This document shows, piece by piece, positions 15,165-23,548 of a DNA stretch of 24,000 nt (position 1 is its first letter; each line of letters opens with the position of its first letter). This DNA comes from Actinomycetota bacterium (GTDB lineage: Bacteria; Actinomycetota; UBA4738; CALAEC01), in contig DASZZY010000126.1 in assembly GCA_036260395.1 (NCBI GenBank), positions 16,235 through 40,234 of the forward strand. The letters are read 5' to 3'. The notes below the pieces were generated by a model, which saw only the letters and a program-made list of their open reading frames with translations, did not search any database and had not been told where the DNA came from. Position numbers and translations under genes: made by a program.

Positions 15165-16091
15165 CTACTCGACGTACTCGACCCAGGGCTCGTACCGGTC
15201 GATGTCGCCCTTGACCGCCGCGAAGAACGTCTGCTGGATCTCCTTGGTGATCGGGCCGCGCCCGTTCGAGGCCAGGACCCGGCCGTCGATCTCGCGGATC
15301 GGCGTCACCTCCGCGGCGGTCCCGGTGAGGAACGCCTCGTCCGCGGTGTACAGGTCGGCACGGAGCAGCTTGCGCTCCACGACCTCGTAGCCCATGTCGC
15401 GGGCGATCGTCATCGCGGCGTCGCGGTTGACCCCCAGCAGGATCCCCGCCGACTCCGGCGGCGTCACGAGGACGCCGTCGCGGACGATGAACAGGTTCTC
15501 GCCGGTGCCCTCCGCCACGTCGCCGTCCGAGGACAGCATGATGGCGTCGTCGTAGCCGGCCTTGATGGCCTCCACCTTCGCCAGCCCGGAGTTGATGTAC
15601 TGGCCGGTGGCCTTGGCCTGGGCCGGGAGGACGTTGGCGTCGGGGCGCCGCCACGACGAGATGAGCAGCCGGGCGCCGTTCTCCAGGCAGTCGTCGCCGA
15701 GGTAGGTCCCCCACGGCCACACCCCGATGGCCACGTTGACCGGGGCGTACAGCGGGTTGAGCCCCATCTCGCCGTAGCCGTGATAGACGATCGGGCGGAC
15801 GTAGCACGCCTTCAGGCCGCTGGCCCGCACGGTGTCCTTGGCGGCCTCGACGAGCTCGTCAAGCGAGTACGGGATCTCGATCATGTAGACGGCCGCGGAC
15901 CGGAACAGCCGCCGGATGTGGTCGGTGAGCCGGAAGATGCCCGGGAGCCCCCTCGACGTCTCGTAGGCCCGGATGCCCTCGAACACGCCGCTGCCGTAGT
16001 GCAGCGCGTGGGTCAGCACGTGGACCTTGGCGTCCTCCCACGGGACGAGCTTCCCGTCCATCCAGATCTTCTCGACAGGCTGAATCGGCAT
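15165..16091 (-). CDS. ilvE: Branched-chain amino acid aminotransferase (fold type IV)
   Basis: 308 aa: MPIQPVEKIWMDGKLVPWEDAKVHVLTHALHYGSGVFEGIRAY.., and later EGTGENLF and GILLGVNRD. The ATG at 16089-16091 has AAGGAGG 7 nt upstream. The track ORF start at 16166 is a spurious extension. Confidence 0.9.
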   Translation of the reverse strand: MPIQPVEKIWMDGKLVPWEDAKVHVLTHALHYGSGVFEGIRAYETSRGLPGIFRLTDHIRRLFRSAAVYMIEIPYSLDELVEAAKDTVRASGLKACYVRPIVYHGYGEMGLNPLYAPVNVAIGVWPWGTYLGDDCLENGARLLISSWRRPDANVLPAQAKATGQYINSGLAKVEAIKAGYDDAIMLSSDGDVAEGTGENLFIVRDGVLVTPPESAGILLGVNRDAAMTIARDMGYEVVERKLLRADLYTADEAFLTGTAAEVTPIREIDGRVLASNGRGPITKEIQQTFFAAVKGDIDRYEPWVEYVE

Positions 16092-16211
16092 CCCGCGTCC
16101 TCCTTCGTCCGACCTGGCGTCCGGCCTCGGCGGCGGCCCCGGCGCTGACCCGCCTAAAGCGTACACCGCCGCCTCGGGCCCCGACCGAGCGCGGCCTGCG
16201 GGGCGCCGGGG

Positions 16212-17792
16212 TCAGTCGCCGACCGCGATCGAGCGGGCGGTCTTCATCCCGACGGCCTCGACGATCTCCTCGAGCGTCGGTGCGGGGATCGGGCTGTCGA
16301 CCGTCAGCCCCATGAGCGCCAGCCCGCCGGCCTCGCGCCTGCCGACCTCCATGCTGGCGATGTTGATCCCCGCCCGGCCGAGGATGCTTCCCACCTTGCC
16401 GATGACCCCCGGGCGGTCCTCGTAGAGGAAGAACGCCATGTGATCGGCGGGCGCCATGTCGACGTCGAACCCGTACACCCGGACCAGGCGCTCGGCGTCC
16501 CGCTTCCCGACCAGCGTCCCGGCCACCGCAACGTCGCCGGCCTCCGTCTCGGCGCGCAGCGAGACGAGGTTCACGTAGTCCTCCGACTCCATCGACCGGC
16601 GCTCGGACACCGCCAGGCCGCGCTCCCGGGCGATCACCGGGGCGTTGACGTAGGAGACCGGCTCGTCCACCACGCCCGTCAGCATGCCTTTCAGCGCGGC
16701 CAGCGTGAGCACCTTGGTGTCGAACTCCGCCACCCTGCCGAGGTAGTCGGCCGAGACGCTCCGCAGCGGGGCGTCGGCCAGGCCGGCCAGGATGCGGCCC
16801 AGCCGCTCCGCCAGCGGCAGGAACGGCCGGACCTGCTCGGCGACCTCGGTGGCCGCCACGTTGACGGCGAACGGCACGAACTCGCCGCGGAGCGCCAGCC
16901 GGACCATCTCGGCGATGGCCAGGCCGGCCTTGTCCTGGGCCTCGCGGGTGGAGGCCCCGAGGTGCGGCGTGACCACGACCTGGTCGAGGGCGAACAGCGG
17001 GTGGTCGGTGACCGGCTCCTCGGCGAACACGTCGAGCGCCGCGCCGGCCAGCCGCCCGTCCCGCACGGCCTGCTCCAGGGCCGCCTCGCTCACGATGCCG
17101 CCGCGCGCGGTGTTCACCAGCCGGGCGCCCGGCTTCATCAGCCCCAGCTCGCGTGGCCCGATCAGCGCCTCGGTCTCGGCGGTGCGTGGCAGGTGGATCG
17201 TGACGAAGTCGGCCTGGACCAGCAGGGCCCCGAGGTCGGGCATCAGCTCGATGCCCATCTGCCGCGCCCGCTCCCTGGACACGTAGGGGTCATAGGCGAT
17301 CAGCCGCATGCCGAACGCCAGCGCCCGCTGGGCGACCATGGTCCCCACCCGCCCCAACCCCACGATCCCCAGCGTCTTGCCGTGGAGCTCCGTGCCCTGG
17401 AACCGCTCGCGCTCCCAGGTGCCGGACCGGAGCGCCTGGTCGGCGCGCGGCAGGTTCCGGGCCATGGCCAGGAGGAGGGCCATGGTGTGCTCGGCCGCCG
17501 AGAGGACGTTGGACTGCGGGGCGTTCACGACCATCACGCCGCGGCGCGTGGCGGCGTCCACGTCGACGTTGTCGAGCCCGATCCCCGCCCGGCCGACGAC
17601 CTTGAGGTTGTCGCCCGCCTCGATCACCGCGGCGTCCACGCGGGTCTGCGACCGGACCACCAGGGCGTCGTACGGGGCGATGGCCTCGGCCAGCCCGCCG
17701 GAGGCCAGCTCGGTGCGGACGTCGACCTCGAAGTCCTGTCCGAGCACCGACAGCCCGCGCTCGGAGAGCTTCTCGGTGACCAGGACCTTCAT
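16212..17792 (-). CDS. serA: D-3-phosphoglycerate dehydrogenase (long form with ASB and ACT domains)
   Basis: 526 aa with the NAD-binding motif GIVGLGRVGTMVA, a 2-hydroxyacid dehydrogenase catalytic region and a C-terminal ACT domain (DRPGVIGKVGSILG). Confidence 0.92.
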   Translation of the reverse strand: MKVLVTEKLSERGLSVLGQDFEVDVRTELASGGLAEAIAPYDALVVRSQTRVDAAVIEAGDNLKVVGRAGIGLDNVDVDAATRRGVMVVNAPQSNVLSAAEHTMALLLAMARNLPRADQALRSGTWERERFQGTELHGKTLGIVGLGRVGTMVAQRALAFGMRLIAYDPYVSRERARQMGIELMPDLGALLVQADFVTIHLPRTAETEALIGPRELGLMKPGARLVNTARGGIVSEAALEQAVRDGRLAGAALDVFAEEPVTDHPLFALDQVVVTPHLGASTREAQDKAGLAIAEMVRLALRGEFVPFAVNVAATEVAEQVRPFLPLAERLGRILAGLADAPLRSVSADYLGRVAEFDTKVLTLAALKGMLTGVVDEPVSYVNAPVIARERGLAVSERRSMESEDYVNLVSLRAETEAGDVAVAGTLVGKRDAERLVRVYGFDVDMAPADHMAFFLYEDRPGVIGKVGSILGRAGINIASMEVGRREAGGLALMGLTVDSPIPAPTLEEIVEAVGMKTARSIAVGD

Positions 17793-17876
17793 GCCGCGAG
17801 TATACGGACGGCTTGTGGTCCGACGGCGTGATGCGCTTGGATAGCTCCGTCCGATGCCCCGACGAGAGGAGGCGGG

Positions 17877-18188
17877 ATGGCCGTGTACATCAACCTCATC
17901 AAGTGGACGGACCAGGGGCGGGCCAAGGCCGACTCGCTGCCGGCCCGGACCGACGAGGTCGCCAAGCGGATCGAGGCCGCCGGCGGGAAGCTCGTCGGCA
18001 ACTACCTGACGATGGGGCGCTTCGACCAGGTGGCCATCACCGAGGCGCCCGACGACGAGACGGCGGCCGCCCTGCTCATCATCATCGCCCAGCGCGGCAA
18101 CGCGGTCACCGAGACGCTGCGGGCCTTCACGATGGACGAGACGCGGGAGCTGGTCCGCCGCGCGGGGGAGATCGCCGGCAGCTCGTAG
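17877..18188 (+). CDS. GYD-domain protein
   Basis: 103 aa: MAVYINLIKWTDQG...YLTMGRFDQVAITEAPDDETAAALL, a typical GYD-family layout. GAGAGGAGG lies 4 nt upstream of the ATG. Confidence 0.7.
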   Translation: MAVYINLIKWTDQGRAKADSLPARTDEVAKRIEAAGGKLVGNYLTMGRFDQVAITEAPDDETAAALLIIIAQRGNAVTETLRAFTMDETRELVRRAGEIAGSS

Positions 18189-18203
18189 CGGGGGCCGCCC
18201 GGC

Positions 18204-19358
18204 TCAGCGCGCCGACGCCGCGAAGACCCCTTCGGCGGCGGCCACCGCCGCGCCCCGCTTCACGGGGTAGCCCATGGCCTCCAGCGTGAGCTCGATCGCC
18301 GCCAGGCACCGGAGGATGTCCAGGCGGTCGTAGAACCCCAGGTGCCCGATCCGGAACACCTTGCCCTTGAGGGGCCCCTGGCCGGGGGCCAGGATGATGC
18401 CGTGGTCCCTGCGCACCCGGGCCACCAGCTGGTTCCCGTCGATCCCCTCGGGGGCGCGGACCGCGGTGACCGCCCACGCCCGCTCCGGATGCTCGCCGTC
18501 GAGGTCGAGGCCGAGCGCCCGGACGCCCTCCTTGGTGGCCTCCGACAGCACGCGATGCCGGGCCAGCACCGCCTCGGCACCCTCGTCCAGGTAGAGGCGG
18601 AGCGCCGCCCGGAGCCCCAGCAGGAGGCTGATCGCCGGCGTCCAGGGGCTCTCGGGGTCGGGCATCTCGTAGGACTTCCGGTACGCGGCCCAGTCGAAGT
18701 AGAACCGCGGGTTCCGCGCCTCGCGCGTCGCGGCCCACGCCGCCTCGGACACCGAGACGAACGCGAGGCCGGGCGTGGCGCCCAACGCCTTCTGCGACCC
18801 CCCAACGCCGACGTCGATCCCCCAGGCGTCGCCCTCGTACGGGACCGCGCCGAGGCTGGAGATGGCGTCGACGACGAACAGCGCGCCGGCGTCGCGGCTG
18901 ACCCCGCCGAGCGCCTCGATGTCGTGGATCACGCCGGTGGAGGTCTCGCTGTGCTGGGCGAGCACGCCCCTGGTGGGGGCCTCCGCCACCGCCGCGGCCA
19001 CGTCGTCGGGCCGGATGGCCCGGCCCCACTCGTACTCCACGCGGCGGACGTCGAGGTGGAACGCCTCGGCGATCCGGGCGAACCGGTCTCCGAAGTAGCC
19101 GGCCACCGGGACCACGACCCGGTCGCCGGGAGAGAACAGGTTGGCCACCGCCGACTCGAGGCCCCCGGTGCCCGACGAGCTGAACACGAGCACGTCGGAC
19201 TCGGTCCGGAGCAGGCTGCGGAGCCCCGAGGTGACCTCGCGGAGGAGGTCCCCGTACCCCGGCCCGCGGTGGTACACGAGCGGCGAGGCCTGGGCCAGCA
19301 GCACCTCGGGCGGGACCGGGGTGGGCCCCGGCGTCATGAGGATCTCGGGTCGTTCCAT
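18204..19358 (-). CDS. Class-V aminotransferase (serine-pyruvate / alanine-glyoxylate / phosphoserine aminotransferase type)
   Basis: 384 aa: MTPGPTPVPPEVL.., SETSTGV and GSQKALGATPGLAF (PLP-lysine block). I prefer the ATG at 19356-19358. The track ORF extends 40 codons further and overlaps the next gene. Confidence 0.85.
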   Translation of the reverse strand: MERPEILMTPGPTPVPPEVLLAQASPLVYHRGPGYGDLLREVTSGLRSLLRTESDVLVFSSSGTGGLESAVANLFSPGDRVVVPVAGYFGDRFARIAEAFHLDVRRVEYEWGRAIRPDDVAAAVAEAPTRGVLAQHSETSTGVIHDIEALGGVSRDAGALFVVDAISSLGAVPYEGDAWGIDVGVGGSQKALGATPGLAFVSVSEAAWAATREARNPRFYFDWAAYRKSYEMPDPESPWTPAISLLLGLRAALRLYLDEGAEAVLARHRVLSEATKEGVRALGLDLDGEHPERAWAVTAVRAPEGIDGNQLVARVRRDHGIILAPGQGPLKGKVFRIGHLGFYDRLDILRCLAAIELTLEAMGYPVKRGAAVAAAEGVFAASAR

Positions 19359-19474
19359 GGCGTTCCCTTCCCCGGGCGGCTCCGGCCAGCGTATCACGGG
19401 CCTTCCGGCCCTCCCCCCCGAACGGAACGGCCCCCGGCCGGCGGGCCGGGGGCCGTCGCGCGAAGCGGACGTCG

Positions 19475-19786
19475 TCACGCGGCCTTGGCGACCTTGCCCT
19501 GGGGCCAGATCCGCCGGTTGATCGGGCGGAACGCCTTGGCCATGTTCAGGGCGTAGGCCCGCTGGGTCTTGACCAGGCGCTCGACGAAGTCGAAGTAGGT
19601 CCGCACGTACTCCTCCGGGGTGGGGAGGTTCCGCACGAACGACGCGCCCGGGAGCCGGTCCGGCAGGACCGCGTCGAGCCGCTCGTTCACCGCGGTGGCG
19701 GCCTTGACGGCCAGGTCGTCGGCCTGGCCGACCAAGTCGATGATGCGGTCGGCGACCCTGTTCATGGTGCCCTCGTAGCTGGCCAT
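19475..19786 (-). CDS. Small helical hypothetical protein (HbhA-N-terminal-like / phasin-like?)
   Basis: 103 aa with a strong RBS (AAGGAGGAG 3 nt upstream of the ATG) and high GC3. It lies directly downstream of an XRE regulator. I recall that mycobacteria have an XRE regulator followed by hbhA; this is unverified. Confidence 0.6.
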   Translation of the reverse strand: MASYEGTMNRVADRIIDLVGQADDLAVKAATAVNERLDAVLPDRLPGASFVRNLPTPEEYVRTYFDFVERLVKTQRAYALNMAKAFRPINRRIWPQGKVAKAA

Positions 19787-19840
19787 GTCTCCTCCTTGGT
19801 TGACGGCCGTGCGCAGTTTACCAAGCGGTCGGGTGGAACG

Positions 19841-20194
19841 TCAAGCGGGGCGGTCAGCGACGCCCACGAAGCCCCGGTAGACCCGCAGGAGCGTCTCCTT
19901 TTGTTCGTCGGTCAGCCGGGGATCCAGGCGGATCGCTCGCTCGACGTCCACCTGTTCGTCGGCCTCCGGCTCGTCGAGGAGGCCGGCCCTGGCGAACAGC
20001 GTCTCCGCGGAGACGTCCAGCGCGCCGGCCAGCGCCTTCAGGACCTTGGCCGAGGGACGGTACAGCCCGCGCTCGACCTGGCTCAGGTAGGCGTTCGAGA
20101 CCTTGGTGACCTCGGCCAGCTGCCGGAGCGACAGTCGCGCCAGCCGGCGCTGCGTGCGGATGAACTCGCCGATCGCCCGCTTCTCCCTGCTCAT
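19841..20194 (-). CDS. XRE-family helix-turn-helix transcriptional regulator
   Basis: 117 aa with an HTH_3 core LSLRQLAEVTKVSNAYLSQVERGLYRPSAKVLKALAGAL. A TATCCT hexamer (plus-strand 20202-20207) ends 7 nt before the ATG, with no Shine-Dalgarno sequence, which suggests a leaderless mRNA. Confidence 0.88.
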   Translation of the reverse strand: MSREKRAIGEFIRTQRRLARLSLRQLAEVTKVSNAYLSQVERGLYRPSAKVLKALAGALDVSAETLFARAGLLDEPEADEQVDVERAIRLDPRLTDEQKETLLRVYRGFVGVADRPA

Positions 20195-20213
20195 CCCACT
20201 CAGGATACCACGG

Positions 20214-20231
20214 CGCTTGGCCGGCCAAGCG
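20214..20231. promoter_or_regulatory. Perfect 18-bp palindrome CGCTTGGCCGGCCAAGCG: candidate XRE operator and/or kynU terminator hairpin
   Basis: It lies between the kynU stop (20246) and the XRE start (20194), just upstream of the putative -10. Its CCAAGCGG arm recurs at 19821-19828, upstream of the next gene. Confidence 0.45.
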
Positions 20232-20245
20232 GCCGCGTGGCGCCG

Positions 20246-21400
20246 TCAGGTCAGCCCGGCCAGCTCCTCGAACAGCCGGTCGATGTCGCCCTCGACGTTG
20301 AAGAAGTGCGGCGAGATGCGGAGGCCGTCGCCCCGGTGGTCGACGCAGACGTCGCGCTCGAACAGCGCGTCGGCGATCTCCCCGGCGCGCTCCCCGACCC
20401 CGACGTTCACCACGCCGCCGCGGGCCTTGCGGTCCCGAGGTGTGCGGACCGCGAGCCCGGCCGCATCGGCGCGCTCCATCACGTGATCCGTCAGCTCGCC
20501 CTGTCGCTCGCGGATCCGCTCGGGGCCGACCTCGGCGATGATCTCCAGGCCGCCGCGGGCGACGAAGGCGACCGGGGCCGGGTGGGTGCCGGTCTCCAGC
20601 CGCCGCGCGGTCGGGTGCCAGTCCAGCTCCTCGAGGTGGAAGCCGAACGGCTCGCGCTGCCCCCACCACCCGGTCACCGTCGGCTCCAGCTGCGGAAGGA
20701 GGTCCCGGCGCGCGTACAGGAACGTGAGCCCCGGTCCCCCGCACAGCCACTTGAGCACACCGGTCGTGTAGAAGTCGCACCCCACCTCGTGGACGTCGAT
20801 CGGGAGGATGCCGGCCCCGTGGAAGTCGTCGAGGACGGTCCAGGCGCCGGCATCGCGGGCCAGGCGGCAGATCTCCTCGACGTCCAGCAGCGCGCTGCTC
20901 CGATACAGCACCCGGTTCAGGATGACCGCCGCGGTCCGCTCGTCGATGGCCTCGGCGAAGGCCTCGGTCGGCACGCTCAGGCCGTCGGGGCTCCGGAGGA
21001 ACACCACCTCCGCGCCGCGGCGCCGCTGGGCCAGCGCCACGTGACCGTCGGTCGGGAAGTCGAGCTCGGTCAGGACGATCCGGTTCCGCTCGCCCGACAG
21101 GTCGAGGCACGACAGCACCGAGGACAGCGCCATCGAGACGTTCGTGGTGATCGCCAGCTCCCCGGGGTCCGCGCCGATGAGCGCGGCGAACACGGCCTTC
21201 ACGTCCCGGATCTCGGGGAAGATCCGGCGGAACCACACCGGCTCCGGAGCCCCGAGGTCCTCCCAGACGTCGACGTACTCCTGAAGGCGCCGCTTGGCCC
21301 GGCCGGAGACGGGGCCCAGCGAGGCGCTGATGAGGTACGCCTTCCGGCCGACCACCGGGAACTCGTCGCGGTAGGACTCCAGCGGGCGGACGGCCGCCAT
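20246..21400 (-). CDS. kynU: Kynureninase-type class-V-fold PLP enzyme
   Basis: 384 aa with a PLP-lysine block LKWLCGGPG that resembles the kynureninase K-[YW]-L-x-G-G-P-G block. The start ATG (21398-21400) shares one base with the kynA stop (TGATG), implying translational coupling with TDO. The track ORF (595 aa) is a spurious extension. Confidence 0.7.
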   Translation of the reverse strand: MAAVRPLESYRDEFPVVGRKAYLISASLGPVSGRAKRRLQEYVDVWEDLGAPEPVWFRRIFPEIRDVKAVFAALIGADPGELAITTNVSMALSSVLSCLDLSGERNRIVLTELDFPTDGHVALAQRRRGAEVVFLRSPDGLSVPTEAFAEAIDERTAAVILNRVLYRSSALLDVEEICRLARDAGAWTVLDDFHGAGILPIDVHEVGCDFYTTGVLKWLCGGPGLTFLYARRDLLPQLEPTVTGWWGQREPFGFHLEELDWHPTARRLETGTHPAPVAFVARGGLEIIAEVGPERIRERQGELTDHVMERADAAGLAVRTPRDRKARGGVVNVGVGERAGEIADALFERDVCVDHRGDGLRISPHFFNVEGDIDRLFEELAGLT

Positions 21401-22209
21401 CACAGGTCGCTCCGGAGATCCCAGAGCTCGGGGAAGAACCGCTTGTCCAGCGTGGTCCGCAGGTAGGACGCGCCGCTCGACCCGCCGGTCCCGGTCTTGC
21501 TCCCGATCTCCCGCTCGACCATCAGGATGTGGTGGTACCGCCACTGCGAGAACAGCTCGTCGTAGGTCAGCAGGGCCTCCGACAGCGCGAACAGCTCCGC
21601 GAACGCCTCGCGGTCCCGGGCCATCTTCAGGAGGCTGGCCCGCCGGACCTCCTCGTCGTCCGACGGCGCCGGCAGCCCCTCGTGCTCCAGCAGCGTCAGG
21701 AACCCGTCCCACAGCGAAGGCTCGGCCAGCCGGCGCTCCAGCCGAACCCGGTCGTCGTCGGTCTCGGCGAGCTTCACGTAGCCGGCGTTCTTGAGGCCCG
21801 AGAGGAACTCGATCTCCCGGAACTGCACGGACTGGAAGCCGCTGGCGGGGTCCAGGTTCGAGCGGAACTCGAGGAACTCCTGGGGGGTCATGGTCTCCAG
21901 CACGGCGATCTGCTCGAGCAGGATGCGCTCGATGGCGTGGACCCGGGTGAGCGCGTGGCGGGGCCGGTAGGTCTCTCCGGCCGTCATCCAGTCCCGCGCC
22001 GACTGCAGCTCGAAGACCACCTCCTTGAACCACAGCTCGAACGCCTGGTGGACCGTGATGAACAGGAGCTCGTCGTGCGCGGGGGGCTCGGCGATCGGGG
22101 TCTGGAGCTCGAGGAGCTCCGCGAGGCGGAGGTAGCGCCCGTAGGAGAGCCGTCCCTCCTCCTCGGAGATCCGCCCCATCCTCCGCGTCGAGCGGGGGCG
22201 CTCGTCCAC
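21400..22209 (-). CDS. kynA: Tryptophan 2,3-dioxygenase
   Basis: Motifs SYGRYLRLAELLELQTP, HDELLFITVHQAFELWFK and GTGGSSGASYL are characteristic of bacterial TDO. The start is uncertain: GTG at 22209, or ATG at 22179. Confidence 0.88.
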   Translation of the reverse strand: MDERPRSTRRMGRISEEEGRLSYGRYLRLAELLELQTPIAEPPAHDELLFITVHQAFELWFKEVVFELQSARDWMTAGETYRPRHALTRVHAIERILLEQIAVLETMTPQEFLEFRSNLDPASGFQSVQFREIEFLSGLKNAGYVKLAETDDDRVRLERRLAEPSLWDGFLTLLEHEGLPAPSDDEEVRRASLLKMARDREAFAELFALSEALLTYDELFSQWRYHHILMVEREIGSKTGTGGSSGASYLRTTLDKRFFPELWDLRSDL

Positions 22210-22234
22210 GTCTGGATACTATCCCCGCCGGCCC

Positions 22235-22654
22235 TCACGGGACGTCCGCGGCGTCCAGCGGCCCGGACCCCTCCAGCAGCCGCCGGTACTCCTCCGGCCA
22301 GCGGCGCGGGGCACCCCCATCGGTGATCAGCACGGCCACCACTCGCCCCTCGGCGCAGACCTCGTCGCCGGAGGAGATGCGGAAGGCGTAGGAGATCGAC
22401 GTGGCGCCGACCGCGTCCACGCGGAGCGAGATGTCGACCTCGTCCCAGAACCGCAGCGGACGCCGGTAGTCGATCGAGACGTGGGCCCGTGGCAGGAGCC
22501 CGTAGACCTCCCGGACGATCCCCAGCCGGTCGAGGAGGATGGCCTCCGCTTCCTCCATGAACCGCAGCGGCGCGGTGTTGTGGTACTTCGTCGACGAGTC
22601 CGTGTCGAACCACTGCACGCGGCGGCGGACGACGACGGAGGCGGCCTCGGCCAC
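22235..22654 (-). CDS. Hotdog-fold acyl-CoA thioesterase (4HBT/YbgC-like)
   Basis: 139 aa: VRRRVQWFDTDSSTKYHNTAPLRFMEEA.., typical of 4HBT-type thioesterases. GTG start. It lies 25 nt upstream of kynA on the same strand. Confidence 0.7.
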   Translation of the reverse strand: MAEAASVVVRRRVQWFDTDSSTKYHNTAPLRFMEEAEAILLDRLGIVREVYGLLPRAHVSIDYRRPLRFWDEVDISLRVDAVGATSISYAFRISSGDEVCAEGRVVAVLITDGGAPRRWPEEYRRLLEGSGPLDAADVP

Positions 22655-22692
22655 GGCGGAATCGTACCCGCCGCCGGTGTAACGTAGCCGCG

Positions 22693-23538
22693 ATGCGGGT
22701 GGGCGTCGGCTTGCCCAACGGGATCCCCGGGACGGAGGCCACCGCGTTGCTGGAATGGGCCCGCCGGGCAGAGCGCGGGCCGTTCACCAGCGTGGGGGTC
22801 GTGGACCGCATCGCCTACGACTGTCACGAGCCGATGGCGGCCCTGTCCGCCGCCGCCGCCGTCACCGAGCGCGTCTCGCTGGTGACGATGGTGGTGATCG
22901 GGCCGCTCCGGAACACGGCGGTGCTGGCGAAGGAGGCGGCGTTCATCGACGCCCTGTCCGGCGGGCGGCTGGTCCTGGGGCTGTCCGTGGGGGCCCGCGA
23001 GGCCGACTACGAGGCCGCCGGCGTCGCGCCCCGCGAGCGCGGGCGGACCCTGGATCGCCAGCTGGCCGAGCTGCGCGACCGTTGGGAGGAGGGGCCCGGC
23101 TCCCGGCCGGCGCGCGACGGCGGGCCGGTCCTGCTCGTGGGCGGGACCAGCGACCGGGCGTTCGGGCGGATGGCCCGCTACGCGGACGGCTACGTCCACG
23201 GCGGCGGGCCGCCACGGGCGTTCGCCCGCGCCGCCGAGCGGGCCCGGACCGCATGGGCCGACGCCGGCCGCCCCGGGAGGCCGCCGCTGTGGGGGCAGAG
23301 CTACTTCGCGCTCGGCGACGACGCCCTCGACGCCGGCCGGGCGTACATGCGCGACTACTACGCGTTCACCGGGCCGTTCGCCGAGAGGATCGCCGAGGGG
23401 CTCCTGACGACGCCACAGCAGGTGGCCGCCCAGCTCCGGGGCTACGCGGAGGCGGGCTGCGACGAGCTGGTGCTGCTGCCGGCGGTGTCCGACCCCGAAC
23501 AGGTCGACCGGCTGGCGGACGTGGTGTCGGGGCTGTGA
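22693..23538 (+). CDS. Luciferase-like (LLM class, probably F420/flavin-dependent) oxidoreductase
   Basis: 281 aa: MRVGVGLPN...FTSVGVVDRIAY....GGRLVLGLSVGAREADY..., with a C-terminal ..GCDELVLLP, typical of the LLM family. Confidence 0.75.
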   Translation: MRVGVGLPNGIPGTEATALLEWARRAERGPFTSVGVVDRIAYDCHEPMAALSAAAAVTERVSLVTMVVIGPLRNTAVLAKEAAFIDALSGGRLVLGLSVGAREADYEAAGVAPRERGRTLDRQLAELRDRWEEGPGSRPARDGGPVLLVGGTSDRAFGRMARYADGYVHGGGPPRAFARAAERARTAWADAGRPGRPPLWGQSYFALGDDALDAGRAYMRDYYAFTGPFAERIAEGLLTTPQQVAAQLRGYAEAGCDELVLLPAVSDPEQVDRLADVVSGL

Positions 23539-23548
23539 GGCGGCCGGC

